DNA of 41,972 bases from Escherichia phage vB_EcoS_fTaEco03: the sequence record MT711528.1; one strand, given 5' to 3'. Below are positions 35,501 to 41,972 of this stretch, piece after piece. Positions within the stretch are counted from its first letter, which is position 1, and each line of letters opens with the position of its first letter. The notes beneath the pieces were generated by a model. That model worked only from the letters and a program-made list of their open reading frames with translations, was not told where the DNA came from and ran no database searches. The position numbers and the translations under genes are program-made.

Positions 35501-35700
35501 TGGAAGAATTATTTGAAGAACTGAAACATCATGATTTCGAGGAAATATATTTCGTAGCTGAACGCTACGAGGTGCATCTGGCGGACGGTATAACGGTTAT
35601 TACATCTACCAGCGAGCGAATGTTAAATAGCTTACGAGCAATACGAACGGCATCGAATCATGATGCTTGTGCCGACGACTCTGAGGGAGGTTGCCGTTAA
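35497..35700 (+). CDS. Early protein, hypothetical (67 aa)
   Basis: Translationally coupled chain of small ORFs. Confidence 0.45.
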   Translation: MMEELFEELKHHDFEEIYFVAERYEVHLADGITVITSTSERMLNSLRAIRTASNHDACADDSEGGCR

Positions 35701-35879
35701 TGCGAATCCGTATAACTGACCGCAGGCTTATCCGTATAACTGACCGCAGGCTTATAGATTTCTGTATCTCGGTAGGTGATGTTTTTCCGGCGTTCAGCAT
35801 CAACCATTATGGTTTTATGATTGAGTACAAAGGGTCGTTATTGTTCGTGTATCGGGATGAATGTGAGGTTCTGGTATGA
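35700..35879 (+). CDS. Small ORF containing 24-bp tandem repeat (repeated RITDRRLI peptide)
   Basis: ATG overlaps previous TAA; spans direct repeats 35706-35753. Confidence 0.3.
   Translation: MRIRITDRRLIRITDRRLIDFCISVGDVFPAFSINHYGFMIEYKGSLLFVYRDECEVLV
35706..35753. repeat. Perfect 24-bp tandem direct repeat x2 (ATCCGTATAACTGACCGCAGGCTT)
   Basis: Two identical adjacent copies read directly. Confidence 0.85.
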
Positions 35880-36028
35880 GAGAAGCATTTGAACGGTGGG
35901 CTGTGGTCGAGGGTCTGCCGGTTAACAAGGGTTCAAAGAAAGAGTACCTGAACGTTAAGACGCGTCTCGCGTGGCGGGCGTGGAAAGCTGGTGTGCAATC
36001 CTTGATTGAAAGAGGTGTGAGGTATGGG
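35876..36028 (+). CDS. Early protein, hypothetical (50 aa)
   Basis: ATGA overlap upstream; stop overlaps next ATG. Confidence 0.35.
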
Positions 36029-36224
36029 TGAGTGGATTAAGTGTAGTGAGATGCTGCCGGGTAATGGGTATACGGATAAAGAGTTCCTGGTGTATGAAAC
36101 GTTAAATAACGCAGTTCAGCACGATTATTACATAGTTCCTGATGACGGGAGAAAGCCTTTCTGGAATCACTACGATAAGTACGTGACGCACTGGATGCCG
36201 TTACCCGAGCCGCCAGAAGTGTGA
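36024..36224 (+). CDS. DUF551-like protein
   Basis: 66 aa ending VTHWMPLPEPPEV, the signature recalled for DUF551 phage proteins. Confidence 0.55.
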   Translation: MGEWIKCSEMLPGNGYTDKEFLVYETLNNAVQHDYYIVPDDGRKPFWNHYDKYVTHWMPLPEPPEV

Positions 36225-36358
36225 TGTTCAATAGTTTGGGATTTTACTGAGTGACTTACGCTGCTACACAGCAGCGTACAACTTTAACTTAGTGTCGTCA
36301 AAAGGCGACACTTTCATCAAACGCAACAATCGAAGCGACTATTGCAGGAGATGCAACA

Positions 36359-36532
36359 ATGATTACTAAAGAACAGGCTGAACGACTAATCACGTTAATC
36401 GACACGATGGTTGATGCTAAAACCGATTTAGCAACGGCGACAGAGGAATCCGCTACCTGGTCGCTTGAAGAAAGAGAGGCAGAAGCGGAAAGGGAGTTAC
36501 AGGCATTCATCGACTCCATAACACACCAATAA
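36359..36532 (+). CDS. Small acidic protein (57 aa), hypothetical
   Basis: GGAG RBS 8 nt upstream; below ORF-track cutoff. Confidence 0.35.
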   Translation: MITKEQAERLITLIDTMVDAKTDLATATEESATWSLEEREAEAERELQAFIDSITHQ

Positions 36533-36539
36533 AATTTAC

Positions 36540-36568
36540 TTGCACACTAAGATAGAATAGGCTACTAT
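36540..36568 (+). promoter_or_regulatory. Promoter family member (TTGCAC - 17 - TACTAT) with AATAG-N4-CTATT inverted repeat
   Basis: ACTTGCACACTAAGATAGAATAGGCTACTATTCAT. Confidence 0.5.
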
Positions 36569-36598
36569 TCATTTACACAAGCGAGAGGAGAGACAGAG

Positions 36599-36736
36599 AT
36601 GGGCTGGTACGGTAGCTGGACTTTAGGCGAACTGGTAGACGCTTACGAAATAATTAGTAGCACTTCGGTGTGTGACGGCGACACTAAATCGCTGCTAGTC
36701 GGGGTGGATGCGAAAAGGGGTGAAGCTGATGAGTAA
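36599..36736 (+). CDS. Small protein (45 aa), hypothetical
   Basis: GAGAGGAG RBS; overlaps start of next gene. Confidence 0.3.
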   Translation: MGWYGSWTLGELVDAYEIISSTSVCDGDTKSLLVGVDAKRGEADE

Positions 36737-37274
36737 CAAAAACGAAATATTCGAGTACCTGATCGACCAGCTACGGCAGCAGGTAAATAACAGCCGGAGC
36801 GAAGACCTGGCTCATGAGGTGCAGTCACTTAAGAATCAGTTACGTGATGCTTCGGTGCAGATTAAGGAGTTGCGGGAAGACAACATTAAGAAATCTGAGC
36901 ACATATCGCACCTGACAGGGCAAGTTAAGGAGTTGCATCTGGCATTGGTCGAGGCTACTGGTGACGTGGAGGCATACAAACTTATCCGCAAAGGTGCGTA
37001 CGGTTCGGAGCAATCTGGTTGCCGAAAAGAAGATACGCAGGAATGTGACCACAATTGGATTATCGCTCCAGGATTGTTTATTGCCGAAGGCCACAAGGAC
37101 AACGTGCCCGGTAGCCGGTTTTGCTGCGAATGCGGCAAGCGTGAGTGGGGCGGACTTGAGTATGGGGCAACAGCCTGTACACAGGAGTGCAAACACAGTT
37201 TCTATTATGTAATAACAGATGGCTCCGCGCCGTTCGGTACGAAAGTATGTAAAACGTGCGGGGAATACTTCTGA
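36729..37274 (+). CDS. Coiled-coil protein with C-terminal cysteine-rich (zinc-ribbon-like) region
   Basis: Start refined to ATG 36729; C-terminus has CCECGK ... CTQEC ... CKTCG. Confidence 0.5.
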   Translation: MSNKNEIFEYLIDQLRQQVNNSRSEDLAHEVQSLKNQLRDASVQIKELREDNIKKSEHISHLTGQVKELHLALVEATGDVEAYKLIRKGAYGSEQSGCRKEDTQECDHNWIIAPGLFIAEGHKDNVPGSRFCCECGKREWGGLEYGATACTQECKHSFYYVITDGSAPFGTKVCKTCGEYF

Positions 37275-37477
37275 TGACCAGCATCTTATTTATCTGGGTA
37301 CTGTCCACGGGTCAGATGCAACTAGCGGCATCAGAAACGTTTTATTCGATGGAGGCGTGCCAGTCCGCGGCACGCGCCGCAGAGAACGCACACTTCCTGT
37401 TTCAGGGTGACAAGCCCAACGATTCAGAGGTACGCGCTATCTGCTCACCTAAGCGACTTGGGAAACAGGAGAAGTGA
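37274..37477 (+). CDS. Small protein with N-terminal hydrophobic/signal-like segment
   Basis: Start refined to ATG 37274 overlapping previous stop; MTSILFIWVLSTG hydrophobic N-terminus. Confidence 0.4.
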   Translation: MTSILFIWVLSTGQMQLAASETFYSMEACQSAARAAENAHFLFQGDKPNDSEVRAICSPKRLGKQEK

Positions 37478-37479
37478 TT

Positions 37480-37686
37480 ATGGTACAGAGATATGATTTA
37501 ACAGAAGACTGCGTGAGTGGCACGGTAGATATAACGCCTGTCCCGGACTCGCATGAAGGGCGTTATGTGGCCTACGAAGATTACGCGAAACTGGAGCGCA
37601 AACTGCGTGAGCTTGCTAAGCAGGTAGTAAACAGTCCGTGCGACTGGAAGACGGATGAATTGGCGCGCGAGATTCTCGGAATATGA
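37480..37686 (+). CDS. Hypothetical protein (68 aa)
   Basis: ATG 37480; ATGA overlap with next gene. Confidence 0.4.
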   Translation: MVQRYDLTEDCVSGTVDITPVPDSHEGRYVAYEDYAKLERKLRELAKQVVNSPCDWKTDELAREILGI

Positions 37687-37976
37687 GCCTGGCAACTGAC
37701 ATCCTGAAACGAAGCGGCCTTGCGCCGCTGTCGCCGAGAGCTAAAACACAGATATACAAGCGCCGCCGTAACGCGCTGTACCCTGAGATTCAGGCCCGAC
37801 GCAAAGCTATCCGCGCCTGTGGCTTCCAGAACGGGAAGGCCGTGAATCTCGGTGAGTTCAAAACACAGGAACGTGCAGCTATAGCTAATCGGTTATTTAA
37901 TTACTGGAAATCGCTTGGATACGATGATATTCCGACGAAACCACAGAGACGACAATACATCTGGAGACATAAATAA
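37683..37976 (+). CDS. Basic protein (97 aa), hypothetical
   Basis: K/R-rich; its last 110 nt fall in the duplicated 299-bp unit. Confidence 0.45.
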   Translation: MSLATDILKRSGLAPLSPRAKTQIYKRRRNALYPEIQARRKAIRACGFQNGKAVNLGEFKTQERAAIANRLFNYWKSLGYDDIPTKPQRRQYIWRHK

Positions 37977-38165
37977 ACCGTTATTAAGATAATTCCTACC
38001 CGTGGTATCCTCCAGTTACTGCATACTTAATACGCACCTGGAGGATTCATCTTGGATAAATTTACTGAAACAGTGACGGGGTGGCTTCTCGCTGCCGCAC
38101 TAGCCGGAGGGGTTATCGGACTACGACAACATAAGTCCGTTATTTCTGGCCCTATCGACGGATTC
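37867..38165. repeat. 299-bp tandem direct repeat, copy 1
   Basis: Identical to 38166-38464 at every position compared. Confidence 0.9.
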
Positions 38166-38183
38166 AGGAACGTGCAGCTATAG
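38052..38183 (+). pseudogene. Truncated holin 5' fragment created by the duplication (43 codons)
   Basis: Same start context as holin gene at 38351; frame ends at TAG 38181-38183 after the repeat junction. Confidence 0.4.
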
Positions 38184-38464
38184 CTAATCGGTTATTTAAT
38201 TACTGGAAATCGCTTGGATACGATGATATTCCGACGAAACCACAGAGACGACAATACATCTGGAGACATAAATAAACCGTTATTAAGATAATTCCTACCC
38301 GTGGTATCCTCCAGTTACTGCATACTTAATACGCACCTGGAGGATTCATCTTGGATAAATTTACTGAAACAGTGACGGGGTGGCTTCTCGCTGCCGCACT
38401 AGCCGGAGGGGTTATCGGACTACGACAACATAAGTCCGTTATTTCTGGCCCTATCGACGGATTC
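38166..38464. repeat. 299-bp tandem direct repeat, copy 2
   Basis: Identical to 37867-38165. Confidence 0.9.
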
Positions 38465-38659
38465 TGCTTTATTGCTACTGGTTTCGCCTGCGCTGTATTT
38501 GGCGCACCTCTCGCGGCTCAATGGTTCGGTATCACGGGCGACCGTGAAATCGCTGGCCTTGGCTTCATCATCGCTATTCTCTGGATGCCTATCTATTCCC
38601 GTCTCTCCAGTATCGTCGCTGGAGAATACATCGCGCGTCGAGGAGGCACAGATGAATGA
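38351..38659 (+). CDS. Holin (three hydrophobic segments), putative
   Basis: ~100 aa with three hydrophobic helices and charged C-terminus RRGGTDE; start TTG 38351 or GTG 38372; precedes lysozyme. Confidence 0.55.
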   Translation: MDKFTETVTGWLLAAALAGGVIGLRQHKSVISGPIDGFCFIATGFACAVFGAPLAAQWFGITGDREIAGLGFIIAILWMPIYSRLSSIVAGEYIARRGGTDE

Positions 38660-38924
38660 GTTATTCTGGTTCGGCGGTATGCTGGCAATCGGCGGCACAT
38701 CGCTGTTTAATGTATACCATCCGAGCGTGGATGACGGGCTATTTGGTCGGGTGCTCTATATCCTGACTGCTATCGTCTGCGCTGCCGGATGTATCCACCT
38801 GTTACAGGGCAGCATGTCACCAACGCTGCCTGAGACATTAATCACATTAGTTGCGCTGCGCCAGATTCGCCAGGCGTGGCTGTCATACGGAGGGCATAAG
38901 CGTGTCTCGAAACATTTCAGATAA
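38652..38924 (+). CDS. Second holin-like / lysis membrane protein
   Basis: Start refined to ATG 38652 (AGGAGG RBS, overlaps holin stop); 90 aa with two hydrophobic helices. Confidence 0.5.
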   Translation: MNELFWFGGMLAIGGTSLFNVYHPSVDDGLFGRVLYILTAIVCAAGCIHLLQGSMSPTLPETLITLVALRQIRQAWLSYGGHKRVSKHFR

Positions 38925-39390
38925 TGGATTGCATTTTACCGCCGCATGGGAGACTTTCTGCGGAACTGCGTATCGTGCTACGCCGAACGAGAAGTACCTG
39001 ACTATTGGTTATGGTCACTACGGGCCAGACGTAACACCAGGTAAGACCATCACACCAGGACAGGGCTTGCTGTTACTGAATCGCGATATGGCTAAGGCTG
39101 TAGCTGCTGTTGACGCAGCAGCACACCATTCGCTTACACAGGCACAGTTCGATGCGGTGTGTGACCTGGTCTATAACGCAGGTGCTGGTGTGATAGCAGC
39201 TACTACCGGAACCGGTAAGGCGCTGCGTTCGGGTGATATTACGACGCTGCGGGCTAAGCTGGCGCTGTTCATCAACCAGAACGGCAAACCGTTACTTGGC
39301 CTGCGTCGCCGTACCGCAGGACGTCTGGCATTGTTCGACGGTAAACCGTGGCAGGAGGCTGAGGCTATTGGGCGCGCGGTGAAAGGTTGA
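38902..39390 (+). CDS. Endolysin, GH24 phage lysozyme family
   Basis: Start GTG 38902 (GGAGGG RBS); lysozyme-like N-terminal signature W-E ... TIGYGH and FDAVCDLVYNAG. Confidence 0.75.
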   Translation: MSRNISDNGLHFTAAWETFCGTAYRATPNEKYLTIGYGHYGPDVTPGKTITPGQGLLLLNRDMAKAVAAVDAAAHHSLTQAQFDAVCDLVYNAGAGVIAATTGTGKALRSGDITTLRAKLALFINQNGKPLLGLRRRTAGRLALFDGKPWQEAEAIGRAVKG

Positions 39391-39454
39391 CACCTGAGAC
39401 TAATCCGACGATACTTAAATCACCTCCTGCTCCATCCCTCTGCTCTCCAGTTTT

Positions 39455-39487
39455 ATCCCGGCCCTGACCCAGCCGGGATTTTTTTTA
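39455..39487 (+). terminator. Rho-independent terminator after lysis cassette
   Basis: atcccggcCCTGACCCAgccgggat followed by T8. Confidence 0.75.
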
Positions 39488-39508
39488 TCTATTTTCTGTA
39501 ATGACTAG

Positions 39509-39537
39509 TTGACTATTACCATCGACCCTATTATATT
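39509..39537 (+). promoter_or_regulatory. Sigma70-like promoter (TTGACT - 17 - TATATT)
   Basis: Read directly upstream of gene 39572. Confidence 0.5.
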
Positions 39538-39571
39538 TACTCCATAGACAACGAGAACGGAGTAGAGAGAA

Positions 39572-39760
39572 ATGATGACTAAGATTAAGCATACCGATAA
39601 CTGGGGTGATTTCATGGAGATAGAGAAATGCCGTGACGGGACATTACTTATAATTTGTACAGACGGAGATACCGACGAATCAGTTAGTGTTAACGTGAGT
39701 ATGGATGATTTTATGATTATTGTTGAGCAAGTGGCGGCTTTTTACGGAGATGATAAATGA
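39572..39760 (+). CDS. Hypothetical protein (62 aa)
   Basis: ORF with GGAG-containing RBS; ATGA overlap downstream. Confidence 0.45.
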   Translation: MMTKIKHTDNWGDFMEIEKCRDGTLLIICTDGDTDESVSVNVSMDDFMIIVEQVAAFYGDDK

Positions 39761-39906
39761 AAATCACAGATATCGAAGCATTCAAAGACGCACAACTGAT
39801 GGCGCGCATCGCCGTTAGTAACCTGAGCAGCAGCATTCCCGCGGACGCGTTCTGGTTCGCCGCGATGCAGACACTTAAAGCAGCTTATGCAGGAGAGAAG
39901 AAATGA
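39757..39906 (+). CDS. Hypothetical protein (49 aa)
   Basis: ATGA-coupled small ORF, below track cutoff. Confidence 0.3.
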   Translation: MKITDIEAFKDAQLMARIAVSNLSSSIPADAFWFAAMQTLKAAYAGEKK

Positions 39907-40058
39907 GCGAACACGGTGAAGTAAGCCAACCCTTACGAGTAGGCCGTAAAGTCAGTCACACCCCGTTCCCGACACGCGAGGAACTGATGAAACGTAACAG
40001 TTTCCCGGGACCGGACAAGAACAAGTATCTCAATCGCATGTGGGGAGAGAAAAAATGA
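39903..40058 (+). CDS. Hypothetical protein (51 aa)
   Basis: ATGA-coupled small ORF, below track cutoff. Confidence 0.3.
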   Translation: MSEHGEVSQPLRVGRKVSHTPFPTREELMKRNSFPGPDKNKYLNRMWGEKK

Positions 40059-40240
40059 CCGACCGTGAATACGAAAAGATGATGGTAGAGGCCGTTAACG
40101 GCGGCGTGGACATTGCTCACGTGATGCACGTCCTGAATACTAAAATCGCGGTAGCCGAGCAAATGGTTGAGTCGCTTTATGAGACGCGCCGTGAACTGAT
40201 TAACCGCTTCAACCTGAACAAGGGTGATACCAATGCCTAA
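40055..40240 (+). CDS. Hypothetical protein (61 aa)
   Basis: Start refined to ATG 40055 overlapping previous TGA. Confidence 0.4.
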   Translation: MTDREYEKMMVEAVNGGVDIAHVMHVLNTKIAVAEQMVESLYETRRELINRFNLNKGDTNA

Positions 40241-40481
40241 AATCACAATCGCATCGCTCGAGCGACGTATTCTGGTGCTTGAGTCGGAGAAACAGACGTT
40301 AGGCGGGCAACTGTCGATTAACGGTGAGTACCAGTTAGCCGCATTTAAGGTTCTTCTCATGTTGTTGAGAGGAGAAGAGGAAAAGATGAACGCCTGCGAG
40401 CATGATTACCGCCTGCATTTAGTTGATGGGGTGCATCGAGCCACATGCTTAAAATGCGGTAAAGCGTATGAAAGCGCCTGA
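40233..40481 (+). CDS. Hypothetical protein with C-terminal CxxC pair
   Basis: ATG 40233; C-terminal CEHDY ... CLKCG. Confidence 0.4.
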   Translation: MPKITIASLERRILVLESEKQTLGGQLSINGEYQLAAFKVLLMLLRGEEEKMNACEHDYRLHLVDGVHRATCLKCGKAYESA

Positions 40482-40650
40482 ACCCGTAGTTATCGATGGC
40501 GTCCTGTGGAAACCATACTCGGTTAACCACATCGACGCCGACGGGAAGAAGTTCAGCTTCTACATTTTTGCAATTAGCCGTGAGCACGCCGCTTGTGTGG
40601 TCGACGATATACGAGAAACGGCGTGGCTTGGTGATGAGATAGTGGGGTGA
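40468..40650 (+). CDS. Hypothetical protein (60 aa)
   Basis: ORF from track; overlaps neighbours. Confidence 0.35.
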   Translation: MKAPEPVVIDGVLWKPYSVNHIDADGKKFSFYIFAISREHAACVVDDIRETAWLGDEIVG

Positions 40651-40652
40651 TT

Positions 40653-40823
40653 ATGTTCAGTGACATTAACGCGGCAATCGAAGAAGCAATCTGGCGTCGT
40701 TACAACGGCGAGCAACAACGGCACTTTTGCCTGGTGCAACGCGGTAACATGGTTGCTGTGGTACAGGACCGTGATAATAAATATCCGAATGCGATGTGGA
40801 CAACGAGGAATTTTTTAGGATGA
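40653..40823 (+). CDS. Hypothetical protein (~56 aa)
   Basis: ATG 40653 three nt after previous stop; end coordinate approximate. Confidence 0.3.
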   Translation: MFSDINAAIEEAIWRRYNGEQQRHFCLVQRGNMVAVVQDRDNKYPNAMWTTRNFLG

Positions 40824-41056
40824 TTACCAGCATTCCGAACCTGATTAAAGAATTCGGCACGATGGCGGAGACATGCCGACAAACCGGCATCAACGAGATG
40901 ACGATTGCCAAGTACAGCAAAGACGTTAACTGCGAGCGCCATGTAATTTATAACAACCGTCTGATGACGCACGTTAAGACAAGCCCGGTGTTATTCACGC
41001 GCCGGGGTATCACTAAAACGGAGCAACGTATTGCTAAAGAGGAGAGTGGGGAATGA
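40820..41056 (+). CDS. Hypothetical protein (78 aa)
   Basis: ATG 40820 with AGGATG context. Confidence 0.4.
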   Translation: MITSIPNLIKEFGTMAETCRQTGINEMTIAKYSKDVNCERHVIYNNRLMTHVKTSPVLFTRRGITKTEQRIAKEESGE

Positions 41057-41211
41057 TTAGTATTCTGGAGTTCATCGACAACCAAGTTTGGTACGAGCCA
41101 GAGTTAAATAAGTATTCAGTTAATGGGAAAATATTTCGGCGCAAAGGCCAGGCAGAGCGTTACGCAGCTAAACTATACCGTCAGCTTGTCAAGGATGGTT
41201 TCTTCAAATGA
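41053..41211 (+). CDS. Hypothetical protein (52 aa)
   Basis: ATGA overlap with previous gene. Confidence 0.3.
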   Translation: MISILEFIDNQVWYEPELNKYSVNGKIFRRKGQAERYAAKLYRQLVKDGFFK

Positions 41212-41314
41212 GACTACTAATCATCCCTAACGCCTGGGCCATTCCCGTAGCTAACGACCATTACGGCGGCGACGGTAAAAGAGCACCACGCCACGGCCTA
41301 TACAACTGATACAA

Positions 41315-41336
41315 GCCCTCTACCGAGGGCTTTTCT
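41315..41336 (+). terminator. Rho-independent terminator before terminase region
   Basis: gccctcTACCgagggc followed by TTTTCTG. Confidence 0.6.
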
Positions 41337-41430
41337 GTACATCCTGCCCAATCACCTTATATAATCCATTTAGACGCGTAGGGCGCGTCTGGTGCGCTCT
41401 GATGGTCAGACGCATATGCAAGGGGATTAT

Positions 41431-41972
41431 ATGAAGCTGAAACTCAAGCAGCCATCGCCAGAGGTGGTGCAAGCTGCACATGAAGAAGCTGTTAGTGCAA
41501 ACCGCCGACGTAAACGACCGCGTGGGAAACAGAGCCTTTATCAATCGTCCCGTAATTCCGCCGCGTTGTGGGACCCGGACTATTGCGACGCGTTAATCGA
41601 GTTCTTCGACCGTACGTCGTGGGAACTTGTGCCTACGTCCAAGGGTGACGAACGTCCGCTGATTCAGGATAAACCGCCGTCACTGGCCCGCTTCGCCTCA
41701 CACATCGGCGTAACTATCCCGATTATTAAGCTGTGGCTGCGTGAGATTCCCGCATTTGCAGAAGCCTATGAAACAGCACAGGCGCTGGAAGAGGCATATT
41801 TCACTGAGACAGGGGCCGCGGGCATCTCTGCTACGTTCGCCGCAGCTAAACTGGGCCTCGGTAAAGAGAAACCAGTCGAATCCACCGAAGAAACGGCACC
41901 GACTGAGATTATTTTTAGTGTTGCAGAGCCTGTAGGTAAAATTGTAACAACGAATATGGGTGAGGTAGAGGA
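41431..41972 (+). CDS. terS: Terminase small subunit (3' end runs off window; closes on positions 2-4 if circular)
   Basis: ATG 41431 with AAGGGGA RBS; open to window end (180 codons); absent from ORF track for lack of in-window stop. Confidence 0.6.
   Translation, partial: MKLKLKQPSPEVVQAAHEEAVSANRRRKRPRGKQSLYQSSRNSAALWDPDYCDALIEFFDRTSWELVPTSKGDERPLIQDKPPSLARFASHIGVTIPIIKLWLREIPAFAEAYETAQALEEAYFTETGAAGISATFAAAKLGLGKEKPVESTEETAPTEIIFSVAEPVGKIVTTNMGEVE

Overview
The window reads as a complete, compact (~42 kb) genome of a tailed, probably virulent, siphovirus-type phage. It is linearised at the large terminase start codon (position 1), and the small terminase gene runs off the 3' end so that, if circularly joined, its TGA stop overlaps the terL ATG. 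Plus strand carries terL, portal, head morphogenesis, an overlapping Rz/Rz1-like spanin pair, scaffold, major capsid, head-tail and major tail genes, a tail chaperone pair with a -1 frameshift, tape measure, distal tail proteins and a ~984 aa tailspike. The tailspike has two Asp-box (SxDxGxTW) motifs and a C-terminal intramolecular-chaperone domain, suggesting a capsule (polysialic acid) depolymerase. Minus strand 23.2-34.9 kb is the replication module (SNF2-like helicase, short C5-cytosine methyltransferase, VRR-NUC, family A DNA polymerase, SSB-like protein, Cas4/RecB-like nuclease, primase-helicase, AlpA-like HTH). Plus strand 35.3-41.2 kb holds small early genes and a holin/holin-like/GH24 lysozyme cassette. 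The organisation resembles Jersey/K1G-like phages, but this is from recollection of gene order, not a search. Most notable: (1) a minus-strand four-gene island inside the tail cluster (P-loop kinase, HAD phosphatase, HTH-metallophosphoesterase, Imm-like membrane protein); (2) two homologous promoter + leader elements sharing an identical 38-nt hairpin segment; (3) a perfect 299-bp tandem duplication at the holin 5' end; (4) a recurring promoter family with an embedded AATAG-N4-CTATT inverted repeat. No tRNA, CRISPR array, integrase or transposase was recognised. All function calls rest on motifs read by eye and gene order; no database search was run.
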